A stretch of 63,555 nt of DNA, counting the filler, from Lenisia limosa (Eukaryota; Protista; Breviatea), in the NCBI GenBank assembly GCA_001655205.1. It is 12 parts of 12 records of this genome, joined end to end, with 100 filler letters (N's around TTAATTAATTAA, not from the genome) between each part and the next. Parts side by side here need not be neighbours in the genome. Positions count along the whole stretch, not along the records: positions 32,509 to 40,776 come from LPNZ01003246.1; positions 40,877 to 42,412 come from LPNZ01002527.1; positions 42,513 to 49,680 come from LPNZ01009327.1; 9 more parts are not named here. One strand, 5' to 3'. The position numbers and the translations under genes are program-made. How positions within the stretch are numbered: the stretch's first letter is position 1; every line of letters begins with the position of its first letter. Below, one piece after another: positions 35,881 through 47,900 of this stretch. Under the pieces are notes generated by a model. The model did no database searches. It saw nothing but the letters and a program-made list of their open reading frames with translations, and was not told the origin of the DNA.

Positions 35881-38678
35881 ATGGGGGGTGTTATTAGAAA
35901 GAGTCTTCCTCCAACATTGTTTCTTGAGACCCCCTCTCTTACTGCTACCTTGTGCGTTTTAATACATTTCTTCTCTGTTAAAATTAAACGATTCATTGAA
36001 CGGAATTGGGGAATCAGTCGTCAGGTGTGCCGTATCTAGATCTTCTTCCTTTCCCCCTCACAACAGAAAAGCGCAAAGAAACTTGATCCAGCCAATGCTG
36101 GTGGGTGGATGATATTCTCTTCCAATTTCTGGGTTGTTTCACGTTTTTGACTCCCCAGCCTGAAACGAAGAAGCGGAAGGCACAGGCACAGGCTGCATTG
36201 AAGCCGGTATGTGGGGCATCTTTGTGAAAGTCGGGAGTAGTATGTCATGCTATACCTACCCGAAGCTGTTATGTTGTCTCATTTAGAAAAGAGATTGTTT
36301 TTGATCAAACTACCTTAACTTTCTGCGAATTCCCAATAAACAATCTCCTTGGATACGCAGTTTCATTTGTTGAGCTCTGCAACGGACATATCGTGTATTC
36401 TGAAAACTTCTTCCGGCATCAGCAACGTCATACTTTATAGGTGCATTGCTGGCACCGCATAAAGGTCAAATGTGGAAGTTCGTACTTGTGGAGGTGGAGG
36501 AAAAGACAGGATGAGGTTGGTGTGGAATATACCTTCTGTTCTCGCAATTGCCTGAAACGACCAGTGTATAAAGTGTTTTGAAGGGGATTCAGCATTTTAT
36601 AATATATTGAGCCCATATGAATCCCTAGCAAATCAATTAATATCTCGGCCTGCTAATGTAATCTAACGGAGTGTTTTTGCTGCTCACGTATCTAGAAGAA
36701 CCACCCCATCCCGGCAAGGCCTCACTCGGTATGCCTGTGATTGGGACTCCTTGTCTGGACTTTGGAAACATATTGCATATTGAGAATGTCGCGAATGATA
36801 ATATTAATGAGTGCATTAATACCTGTATAAAAATAAGCCCATGCCGATATGTTGAACCGTTCATCTATGTTTTCACCTTGAGCAAATCGTATTGAGTTTT
36901 TGTTCAAGTTTACCTGTAACATCACCAGTCATTGCCCCTCAAACAAGCCTTAGCTCGTGAAGCCCAAGAGGTATGAATGAGGCTTCAACCTTGTCAAAAT
37001 TCAGGGTTGTTGAGTATAAGGTTATTATTTCTTGTTTCTCGTTTGACACTGGTCTTATTATTTCGCGTTATAAATGAGTATTAGGCAGAGCTTCACTCTA
37101 ATCTGAACAAGAACGTTAAAATATCGAAGATTTATAGAGCAGTTTGGTTTTTTGGATTTTGCCTTCTTTCGCAATTACTGAGAATTGAGTTTATTGTACA
37201 GGCTAAAATGGCCAAAAAAGCAGCCTTTCTCAAGAACCTTCCCTCAAGGAGCTACGATCAGGTGATCTGGAGGGGGGGGGTATTGAGTGTTTTTCACGGT
37301 TTTACTTAGATATACAAGACCGTTTTGTCTTTGTTGATATAATCTTTGTTGATGGCTTCATCCAGATACCTCAAACCGCATAACAGTACACACAATCCAT
37401 TAATAGTGTAGGCCCAGCGCCATCCCTCATCGGTCAAACAAAGTTGGCCCGGCCTCTACTATCAATATCAATCAAAATGAATTGTATTCATACACAAGAA
37501 ACAGTTGAGGCAAATTTTTAGGAACACAGTCATTGCTTCATCACAGTCATATCTGTTGTTTACGAAGTTAGATTGGTGATATTTTTATTTAATTACTATT
37601 ATCAAGATCCATTAAATGATGGTTTTGATGACTTGGGCGAGATACCTTTTTTTTTTTTTTCTCAGTTCCACCATTAATCATAATAAATAATATCCTCGTT
37701 TACATTTCAGCAATCTCAACCCCCGTGGCGNNNNNNNNNNNNNNNNNNNNNNNNNNNNNNNNNNNNNNNNNNNNNNNNNNNNNNNNNNNNNNNNNNNNNN
37801 NNNNNNNNNNNNNNNNNCCCCAAAACCCCAGGCCTTATCCGTCCCTAAAGCGCCCTCCACTCCCCTTTCTGCTCCGTTATCAACACCATCTTCGGCAGGT
37901 CGGCTTCGGTTGCGGTTAAAGCTTCACTTCGGTTCGAAAAAGACCGGTAAAATTTGAGAATTCTCGAGGATTCATCGAGAAATTCTATCTTTTTTGGAAC
38001 TGAAGTGAAGCCCTAGTTGCGGTCTTCTGTTGGAGTTTTTTGATGTTATCACTCCTTATCTTAGTCGATAAGACCGAAATGTAATAGCCCCCCTTATGAT
38101 GTAAAGTTAAGACCCAAGCTTTTCCATACCGTGTTGGGTTGTTTAGGAACCATCAGCCGTGGCTCCTTAGGTTAAGCATTGTAAAAATAACTATTGAAAA
38201 TAATAACAGTACCCTCATTCCGTATTTTTCTTTCAATAGATTATTCCAGTTCTGGTGCATTTCTAGGTGCAATTATTGAAAAACAATTGCAAAATTTGAA
38301 GTTCAACATGAACTCAATTTCAGACACTTCAATTCAAATTCTGTCAAATTTCTTCACGAAATATATTGCACGGAGCCCTAATTTGACCCCTTCTAGGAAC
38401 ATCACAATCTGCGCCTCCGGTCATGTCGTCTGGAATATCGCTCCCGGATCGACCACTCATTGCGCAAATAGCGGTGGGGGGAAAGGTGCTTATCAATCTG
38501 GGTGTTGAGTTTTTCGGTCACTTTATTTCTCTCATCCACATAGAGTCCCCTTTGAGCTGTTTTGAATTGAATTGGACTCACAATACAGCAGCCGCAGCCA
38601 CAGCCCCAGGTTTTGGTTCCAAGTGCACCATCTCCAAGTTCAACTCCCTCGAGTGGTATTTCGGCGCCTACCTTATAA
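35881..38678 (+). CDS. Multi-exon hypothetical protein with Pro/Ser-rich C-terminus
   Basis: Candidate ATG at 35881; exons PETKKRKAQAQAALKP, AKMAKKAAFLKNLPSRSYDQ, ALSVPKAPSTPLSAP, QPQPQPQVLVPSAPSPSS. The start codon is inferred. Confidence 0.45.
37919..38013. mobile_element. MITE family A copy
   Basis: TA|AAGCTTCACTTCGGTTCGAAAAAGAC...GAAGTGAAGCCC|TA. Confidence 0.9.
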
Positions 38679-38837
38679 GGCAACTGTATGGTTTCTAATG
38701 GATTTTTTTAAAGTGTAATATGTTTTATTTTCTATGTTTTGTATAATAATATAGCCTTTGTCATTTGTGAAATGTGAAAGTGAATAAATAAGCTGAAATC
38801 TGACCATAATAAATAAAACCTGGGCGGGGGCATCAAG

Positions 38838-40635
38838 AGGGGTTCATGGGGTAGGCCAATGGGTCGTCTTCAAACACTGGGGTGTTAAAAAAAGGAAGTG
38901 GAAAAAAATGCATATTAAAATATGTCACAATGAAATATGAACAAAATCGAAGAACTTACCTCCCTTGGTCTTCTGATGAGGCAAAGTGACCACCAAAGAG
39001 TACGCCAGAGCCACAGCCATAATGTTGATGATGTGGTGGGCAAGGAACAAGGGATACGGCAGCGAAGGGCTGTTGCCTAGATTGGCATACACCTGGATGT
39101 CAACAGGATGGAATGGTACTCTCTCGCAATTCCCAATAACATGACAAAGTGTGATAGAAAAATCTATCCAAAATATGAACATATAGAGTCAGTTTTACAA
39201 TGGAACTCTGGGCCTGTGTACAAATAGAGTGTACCCCGCCATACCAAAGGGTGTGAAGTGGCATAGGGATCCTCCGTGAAGGCGACAATTGTGTAAACCA
39301 CCATACAGACCGCAGAGAGCCATGTCAGAACGAGGAAAAGCCCGAGCTGCACAAAGAGGGGAAACTGGGGGATGAGAAGAAGGCACAGACAGGGGGGCGC
39401 AGATCTGGGAATTTTGATGATATTTTTTTCTGAGATCTATTCATACATAGCCATGTTACTAGATGATATTACATAATGTATCTTATCAAATACTCTGTAT
39501 GAGTCTTATTAGATGACCACCCCAGACAAACAACACCACCCACCCTGGAATAAGACGCCCGGCGCGGCCAGTTGAAGAGCAGCGAAGACGTCAGGATGAA
39601 GGGCATGCTCAGCATTGCGGTCCGGGTTTTGACTCCAAAGGGGATTTCTCGTCGTAGGGTCTGTCAGGGTCACGAAGGGGTACGTACTCATCACAAAGCG
39701 AATCACTTAAAACTCTAAACCTGCCAAAAACTTGTTCTCACAAATATGAAGACAAAAGTTATCAATGGGGGGGTAAGAAGACAAACGTTATCAATGGGGG
39801 GGTAAGAAGGGACAAAAAAAGTCTCAACACAGAGGTATTCTCTCCTCCTCCCTTCCTTCTAGATCCATCCAATAGCAAACCAGGAACAAATCTGGCTCCG
39901 GCGTCATGACGTCATGGTCTTGGTTGGTCTCGGAAGCGGCCCCACTTCTTCCGAGTTCCGTGAATTGAGCCGAATACCGACCTACGCTGACCTCCCGGCT
40001 GATTTTGAAGGACATGCGGACCAAAACAACCTCCTTGTTCCTGCAGGGGGGAGTAAAATTGGAAAAATTGTGAAACAAAAAAAGCCCAAATCAACTCTAT
40101 TGGTTGACAACGCACAAGGGTTGACAACAACANNNNNNNNNNNNNNNNNNNNNNNNNNNNNNNNNNNNNNNNNNNNNNNNNNNNNNNNNNNNNNNNNNNA
40201 ACTATAATACAGGTTTTGATTGTTTACTATTTCTTTTGCCCCCTACGTATCTACGCCATCTTCTTGTGCAAAGCGGACTTTCACCCCATTGGCCCAAATG
40301 GTTTCTTCTGACCATGTGTTGTCCTGAAAGTAAGATACGAGGGAATGATTGGTATTTGCTATACAAAAAACAAACGGCACATCAACTCTACTTCAGAATA
40401 GAATCTCATCTTCAAACATTCTCACCGAGAGGTCTGGGTTTTCGGGGTAGATTTCAGAACTGCGTTCATCATTCTGTACCATTGTAGACTCCCCTGAAAA
40501 TTAAGCACAAAAATAAACTGGCATTTGATACGAGTGCGATCCCATTAAATATTTAAATCTTTTCAGCATTCACATACCAAGATAGTAGTTGCCTAATAGG
40601 GAAGAAATGTCCTCAGTCCCGTCGTATCCGTAGAT
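38838..40635 (-). CDS. Multi-exon membrane protein, unknown family, 5' partial
   Basis: Exons IYGYDGTEDISSLL, DNTWSEETIWANGVKVRF, NKEVVLVRMSFKISRE.., hydrophobic VSLFVQLGLFLVLTWLSAVCMVVYTIVAF and PLFLAHHIINIMAVALAYSLVV. Confidence 0.55.
40041..40132 (-). repeat. Intronic repeat family C, ends at the acceptor
   Basis: TCAACCCTTGTGCGTTGTCAACCAATAGAGTTGATTTGGGC..TTCCAATTTTACTCCCCCCTGCAG, then an exon. Confidence 0.85.
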
Positions 40636-40682
40636 CTGCGGTGCTGGCTAAAAAAAGTGACCCCATTAGAAACGGGAAGTAT

Positions 40683-40745
40683 GGAAGTATGGTAATTTGT
40701 TTATGGTATCCCTATGAATTTATTTGTTTCCCAAGTTTTTTAATG
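40683..40745 (-). repeat. Intronic repeat family E
   Basis: About 65 nt core (..GGGATACCATAAACAAATTACCATACTTCC) shared with 61312-61377. Confidence 0.75.
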
Positions 40746-41136
40746 TACATTACTTCTTACCCCCCCCCCCCTAGATNNNNNNNNNNNNNNNNNNNNNNNN
40801 NNNNNNNNNNNNNNNNNNNNTTAATTAATTAANNNNNNNNNNNNNNNNNNNNNNNNNNNNNNNNNNNNNNNNNNNNATAATAATAATAATAATAAAAAAT
40901 ACAGACCTAATAAATAAAAAAGGTTATATCTGGTAGTGTTGATATCGCACCCCTCTCTCTGTTGTTTTTCACTGTAAACCATATCCCCACCCCCCACGAG
41001 TTGATGGCGACACAGGTACTGGTGAGGGGCTAAAACTGTTCAAAAAATGTCTAATAAATTGAATTATCCGATATATGTAGATTGTAAAAAACCATAAAAA
41101 ATAGATATTGCAAAAATGTTATAAGCCGAATACGTA

Positions 41137-41232
41137 GGGCTTCACTTCGGTTCGAAAAAAAACTGAATTTCTCGATAAATCTTCGAAAACTATCGATATT
41201 TATCGGGGTTTTCAGAAACCGAAGTGAAGCCC
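41137..41232. mobile_element. MITE family A copy
   Basis: TA|GGGCTTCACTTCGGTTCGAAAA...AAACCGAAGTGAAGCCC. Confidence 0.9.
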
Positions 41233-41252
41233 AACCAATAATACCCCCCCAC

Positions 41253-42308
41253 CTAGGGGTGGTGCGTGTTTTGCCAGAGGAGGCGACGACTTTGGTGATC
41301 CTGTCAATATGGCTGGAAAGCTGACGATGCAATGCGGCCATCGTATCATCGGTAACTATGCAGGAAACAGGCTGGGACGTTACAAGGGTTACCGGGGGTG
41401 TTATGATGATTGTAATTTGAAGAGAGGGATAGTATTATGATGATTACTCTATGATATAGAGATAACATATAATAGCACTAAAAGAGAATATTACTTTGAA
41501 TGGAGTATAATATAGAGATGAGAAACAAAACAATATCTGGCCAAAACCGTCCACACCATCACGCTTATACGAGATATGATATGTCTAAAAGCATAATATT
41601 TATGCACCTAATCATTTGCCTTACAGTTCTGTACTCTGTACACGCAGCTTTCTGCCCTAAAATTGGGCTATTTATTGATAACTCCTCGAAAACTATCGAT
41701 ATTTTACAGGTCTTTTTCGGACCAAAGTGAAGCCATAACTAGGAGACTGGAATAAACTCCCACCTGCTCCACCGTCTCGCTTTTTGTCTTGGTCATAGCC
41801 ATAAAGAACTCATTGAGGCGTCCTTGGTTTCTCTCAATAAACGGGTTGAAGGGTTGCATGAAGGACTGCAGAGTTATTGTTTGAAGAGCAGAAATTATAA
41901 CAATAATAAAATCATAAAGATAATAATAAAATCATAATAAAATAATCGTATATCATATATCATCTACTAATCATAAAATAATAATAATATAAACAACTTT
42001 AAAGAAAAAAAAAAACAAAAGAAACAGAATATTTGTTAATAACATAAAAATGTCCACAGCTTCACAATTCCATCTAATAGTATCTTTAAACCAACTTCCA
42101 GCACCCAAACATCTTTAAACATTTTTAAGCATCTTTTAATATCAAACATTCCCACACCCCCCGAACCTCCTTATGCTCAGAGAACAACACGGCGTTGGCA
42201 AGGTTCTGCAGGACTTTAGTGATGAGAATCAGGCCGCGTCTGATGACCGGGGGCACTTCATCCACTAGGCCGAAACCGTCCGGAGCCACAATGGCGGGGC
42301 AGAGCAAT
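41253..42308 (-). CDS. RasGAP domain protein (neurofibromin-type), fragment
   Basis: LLCPAIVAPDGFGLVDEVPPVIRRGLILITKVLQNLANAVLFSEHKE / SFMQPFNPFIERNQGRLNEFF is the conserved C-terminal RasGAP signature region. Confidence 0.88.
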
Positions 42309-42512
42309 CTGGAGATTTAGAGGCAGAGTAATCTAGAGATTAAATGGGGGGGCAATTTGTTGTACTATTTGGGTTTAAATAGGGTGAAAGGTGTGAGTGT
42401 GTTGGCGGCTGGNNNNNNNNNNNNNNNNNNNNNNNNNNNNNNNNNNNNNNNNNNNNTTAATTAATTAANNNNNNNNNNNNNNNNNNNNNNNNNNNNNNNN
42501 NNNNNNNNNNNN

Positions 42513-43717
42513 ATCAGTGTCTGGAGAGCCACATTCAACACAAGCAGTCTGAAAGGAGTAAAATTGGAAAAATTTTAAAACAAAAACTAGCCCAAAATCA
42601 ACTCTGTTAGCTGACAACACACGAGAGATCAGAACAAAAAAAAAACAAAGCCCAGGCCAGTTGCCAGTAAGATACTGTTTCTCTTTGTTTTGTTTTGGGA
42701 AGTTTGTGAACAAAAACCCCAAAAGCAACTTTGTTCAAAATATTATGAAATTGGTGAAAAACACTATTACTAGTGACAGGGATAAGTCTTGACCGATACG
42801 CTCTGTGATTTACCAAGGAAAATCGGTCAAGACTTACCCCAATCACTGTATCTAGGGTGGAAAGAGATGATGATGATAAAGAAAAACATATTATACTACA
42901 TAATACTATTACTATTTCTATGATACATATCATAACATCATATCATATCGGCATATACTATATACGGGGGTACAAACCTGGTTTTTATTCGGCCGATCAT
43001 GCGTGTTGAAGCAATAGGAGCAAGTGAGATCGGACCGAATAGGAATCGGCTCTAGTTCCTCAATGGGACACGTTATGACTTCTACTGTGGGGGGAGTTGT
43101 GGTGTCCCCGTCAGAGCGACTGGGATGTAAAATGGAATATACTGCATACTGTATAAGTGTNNNNNNNNNNNNNNNNNNNNNNNNNNNNNNNNNNNNNNNN
43201 NNNNNNNNNNNNNNNNNNNNNNNNNNNNNNNNNNNNNNNNNNNNNNNNNNNNNNNNNNNNNNNNNNNNNNNNNNNNNNNNNNNNNNNNNNNNNNNNNNNN
43301 NNNNNNNNNNNNNNNNNNNNNNNNNNNNNNNNNNNNNNNNNNNNNNNNNNNNNNNNNNNNNNNNNNNNNNNNNNNNNNNNNNNNNNNNNNNNNNNNNNNN
43401 AACTCTGTTGAAGAAATGAAAAAGTATGAGACAGAAAAAAAAAATATACATGTATATCTAAAAAATGTTTCATTTTCTACCCTCTCCAACATGTCATGCT
43501 CATAGATCTCGCGAGAGCTATACCCATCTGACGTCTCCAATAAATTTCGAGTTAAATTCTTAATAAACTGTTCCACTGATTGTGAAGATAAATGGTCGTT
43601 TTGAGGCTGGAGTGACTCCATATTCCAGGTGGTGGTTCCTGCTGAGGGGTGGCTAGTGAACGGTCCTGGGCTTCTTAGAGCGGATTCCTCGGCAATTGGA
43701 TCAGGCCGATACATCAT
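42513..43717 (-). CDS. Protein with a probable ArfGAP-type zinc finger start (CVECGSPDTD), fragment
   Basis: Exon 42513-42548 TACVECGSPDTD resembles the CxxCG..P.W ArfGAP finger but is cut by the scaffold end. Upstream exons lie at ~42978-43118 and ~43470-43717. Confidence 0.45.
42549..42664 (-). repeat. Intronic repeat family C, ends at the acceptor
   Basis: ACTGGCCTGGGCTTTG..GTGTGTTGTCAGCTAACAGAGTTGATTTTGGGC..TTCCAATTTTACTCCTTTCAG, then TACVECG. Confidence 0.87.
42770..42848. mobile_element. MITE family B (Tc1-like) copy
   Basis: AGTGACAGGGATAAGTCTTGACCGAT...ATCGGTCAAGACTTACCCCAATCACTG|TA. Partial copies at 27634-27687 and 33440-33463. Confidence 0.85.
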
Positions 43718-44417
43718 TGCGTCACAAGCTGCGTGGTGTTACTATTTCAAAAGTAATATGTCAGAAACGCGAAANNNNNNNNNNNNNNNNNNNNNNNNNN
43801 NNNNNNNNNNNNNNNNNNNNNNNNNNNNNNNNNNNNNNNNNNNNNNNNNNNNNNNNNNNNNNNNNNNNNNNNNNNNNNNNNNNNNNNNNNAACCCATAAC
43901 CCCCCAAAAACACCCAAAAAAACCCAGAAACACCCAAAAAAAAAACTCGAAAACAACTGAAAACACCTGAAAACACCTGAAAACAAAATATCCTCAGTGG
44001 CTACTTGTAATCTAGTGTAATGCTGATGTCTTCCTATTTTAGTTTCAAGTAATAATAGCAAATCCCGTATCAGTTAAAAAAAAATGGAAAAGTGATTCTG
44101 GAATCCCGCAGAATAGACAGCCGAAAACACCCCTCAAATAAAACTGAAGAACACCCTAAACCCCTATAAATAAAACCTCAAAAACAAACTTCAAGTACCC
44201 CGAAAAAACCAAAAAAAAAATCACAACCCCGGGNNNNNNNNNNNNNNNNNNNNNNNNNNNNNNNNNNNNNNNNNNNNNNNNNNNNNNNNNNNNNNNNNNN
44301 NNNNNNNNNNNNNNNNNNNNNNNNNNNNNNNNNNNNNNNNNNNNNNNNNNNNNNNNNNNNNNNNNNNNNNNNNNNNNNNNNNNNNNNNNNNNNNNNNNNN
44401 NNNNNNNNNNNNNNNNT

Positions 44418-44488
44418 CTGCTGGCTAGAAATACACGAGGGTTGAGAACAACAAAGCAAAGCCCAGGCTTGCAACACCGCATCCCATA
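44418..44488 (-). repeat. Repeat family C, 5' half (runs into a gap)
   Basis: TGGGATGCGGTGTTGCAAGCCTGGGCTTTGC..TCAACCCTCGTGT. Confidence 0.8.
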
Positions 44489-44664
44489 ACTCGGTAAAAT
44501 GGAATGAAAAACAAAACAAAGCCCAGGAAATCTTGAAGAATATTGATAGTATATACTATACTACATCATGATAGTATATAATTACATATGATATATGAAC
44601 AGTACATATCTAGATATGTATGTAATTATTCTATTCGAAAAAGGCGGTTTGAAGTAAACATTAG

Positions 44665-44943
44665 CCCATTCCCTCAGCACCCCCAACCATCCAGCCGCAG
44701 TCATCAGCGTATTGCACTGCAAAATTAGTAGGAATTTCAAAGGACGTTACACCTAACAGATAAAGAGAATTCAATGCACACAAATACCACTATCATATAT
44801 ATCGATAATATATCATATACTAGCACATCTAAACCCCCACATACCACGGTACAAACATTAAACTCCACATCCCCTGTTGTGCATTCGGTTTTCACGATAC
44901 CGTCACATGTGTGACCAGAAGGACAGTCTACAGGGAAATGATA

Positions 44944-44981
<38 letters not shown>

Positions 44982-47900
44982 GAAGAAGAAGAAGAAGAGG
45001 AAGAGGAAAAAGAAGAAGATGATGATATATGTGATGGGTCAAAATGCGGATCACTGGACAAAATGTGGATCATTTTTTTAAAATCCGGTCGGAAAAAATG
45101 CCCAGAAAATGTAAATTTTTGATTTGTTTTTAAAATGTATAAACCCCCCCATATAAACTATCAATTTCCTTATAAGGCAAGTTGAAGTTTATCTTTTATT
45201 TTGCTTTTTGGGAGTGTTTGCCCAATTTTCTCTTATGGCATCATCTTTATTAAAAGTATTTTAATGTCAAATAACACAAGGCCACTGTAAAATGAAGTAA
45301 AAGAAAGATCAAAGGATAAACACCTAAAACCCTAAGGGTTACAAGGTGGGCCTTACATTTTTGACAAAAATGCGCGTTGCGCGCGCAGGCAATTTATGAT
45401 TTAGAAAAAAAATTCAAAGAGAAGCCTATTTAAAGTTGTTAATTTGTACATCTACATGTATCCTTTATTACATACATTAGCAGTGTAGAAATGGTCTCAG
45501 GCCAATTCTCTGCAAAGGAGAAAAAGGAAGGAGAGGCGCTGAAGCGTATTAAACGGCGTATTACCAATTTTGAGAAGATGTCCAAACAAGAACAGGTAGA
45601 TTCCCTGTAAAAGCAGGCCTCGTCACAGAATGTAACGTTTTTTCAGCGTTCCCTCCCTTTCATACGCTCTGAGCATCCCTCAGTCCCGCATCTCCATCTA
45701 CATCAAGGCCAATCTCTCCAACACCATTGTTGATGCCCCTGAAAGTGGAAGAGGAACAAAATTTCCGGAGTCCCTTCATGGTGTCCTTGTCTCTTGGATT
45801 TGCGAGTTCCAGCACGACAGACGTCCACCACAACTTCGACTCAAAGTAAGGTTTGAACAAGGATCATGTTTTAGATGGTTTATATTCTTCTATTTCCCCC
45901 AAATCTCCGCCACATCCATCATATTTCTTCACACTTTAGGCGTCTGAGCTGGTTATGCGACAATGGAAAGCCTGTCAACTTCTCTGCCAAGTGGGCTCAG
46001 CGCTTTGCACATACGCATGACTACCTCTTCAAAGTCCTGGTTGGGGGGGGGGGGNNNNNNNNNNNNNNNNNNNNNNNNNNNNNNNNNNNNNNNNNNNNNN
46101 NNNNNNNNNNNNNNNNNNNNNCTTTATTTAATAATCATAGACCCCCAACTCTGTCGACTCAGGTCGCTTTGATGCCACCTCCGAGGAGAAATTGATGCAG
46201 CACTACGACAATCTTTCCGCCTCTTTTCTGAGCTCTACTTCCACCCCAACTTTGTCTTCAACGAAACAATGATCGAAGTCTCTGCTGGTGACCGCAGGCC
46301 AAAGTTCTTGCCCCTTCGGAGGCCAGAATGGTCTACGTCAATCCTCTTCGTATGTATGACTCTCGTCGTGACTAACAGGTTGGTATCCGATTGTGCAATT
46401 TTGTGAACATAAACATTGTATATGGTCAAAAATAGTCTCTTTTTTTTTGTCCTCCCCTCACATCCCCCAACATAAAAAGTCAACACTTTTAATAAATTTA
46501 GCTCAAGTGGAAAATACGTTCCCCCACTGGTACTTCTGTCCAACAAGACCGCTGCTGAGGAGAAGATCACGGATTGGTACGACGCCTACACTAAGTCCAC
46601 TGCAAAAGGACGGCAATAAGCAATGGAGAATAATAATAATATTACTGTCGTTTCTCTTTTTATTGAATAAATTCATATTTTGGTAATTTGTTTCTGGATT
46701 TTGTTAAATTGTATTTATGCTTGTCCCAAAAATGAACGACCCACGTCAATGGTATTATTATCACACTTACCTTTAAGACGTGTGAGTCCTTCACATACTG
46801 GGCTCTCTACGTCTTCATCCCCCACGTCATCGCAGAACGTAACCGTCTTGGTGTTTCTCCAGAGACCTGGGCTCTTCTTATCATGGACGGACACTCTTCA
46901 CGATACGCTGCCTTCGCCCTGGAGCAGCTGTGTGCTCACAAAGTCCACGTTTACATCCTCCCATCTCACACCTCTCACGTTCTCCAACCAGTCGACCGGA
47001 TGACATTCGGTGTCATGAAGGGTAGTGTTCGCTCATCTCTTTCATCTCTCCTCAACAAGGCTCCTCTCATCACCCCCGGATGCTCAAACGCAATGACAAC
47101 TCGCTGTAGAGTTCTTCAGGCTTCATGTCGGTATGAAAAAATTGCTTTAATCTCCTTTTTTTTTTACCTTAAAATTTCTCACTGTAGAGCTTTCAAGATT
47201 GCTAGTGACCCTTGTCTTGTCTTTTCTGCCTTTCAAGCTGCCGGTCTCANNNNNNNNNNCACTGAGGACGCTATCACCATTTCCCCATGGCAAGTTGTCA
47301 AACACCTTCCCGACCCTGACGTCGCCTTCACCATCCCCTCGCACCACCCTCTACTCCGCCCTCCTCACCACTGACGAAGCCAATGCAGGATATGCCGCTG
47401 CCAAGCCGATCGACAACACTGAGGCTGATTGGGCCCTTATCAAGCAGTACATCAAGAAGATTGACAACGCCGAGCGTGAGACCTTCGTCAACAACTTCAC
47501 CAATAACACTCTTCCCTGGTCGACCCGTGCCATTGTTGAGCCACGACCAGAAGAATTGACCCCTGAGGAGAATGTGCCCCGATCCGCCAACATTGAGACT
47601 CAGTCCATCAAAGAGATGATGCTTGAAGAAGCAAACAATTGAGTTTTGATGACTGTTGAATTGTTTCTGTACAGAGGGTAGTGAATTCATACTTTAACTA
47701 ATATTTTTAGAACCGCCGCCTCGCTGATGAGAAGAAGAGGACCACATTCGCTCGTGAAACTGTATGATACGGAAGGAACGATTTTGATATCAAAAAAAAT
47801 TCGGTTACTAATCCCCTTAGATTAACCAAGCTCAAGAAGGAGACCCAAATCCCACATGACAAAATTGGCAATGTTTCAGCCTAACATTTTTATGGCCGAT

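Noticed and set aside
39661-39683. Ultra-short introns (23 nt here; 21 nt at 45596-45616)
   Set aside because: They would repair reading frames, but mutation or alternative junctions explain the sequence equally well. Not supportable without RNA data.
44737-45122. Poly-His and poly-Asp/Glu ORFs (also 50130-50442)
   Set aside because: They are translations of intronic (GAT)n/(GAA)n microsatellites.
45990-46040. HDYLFKVL followed by G-rich sequence, resembling a Rab GTPase N-terminus (YDYLFK.L..G)
   Set aside because: The upstream KWAQRFAHTH is the CENP-B-type HTH of the transposase. The G run is an intron start and no P-loop follows.
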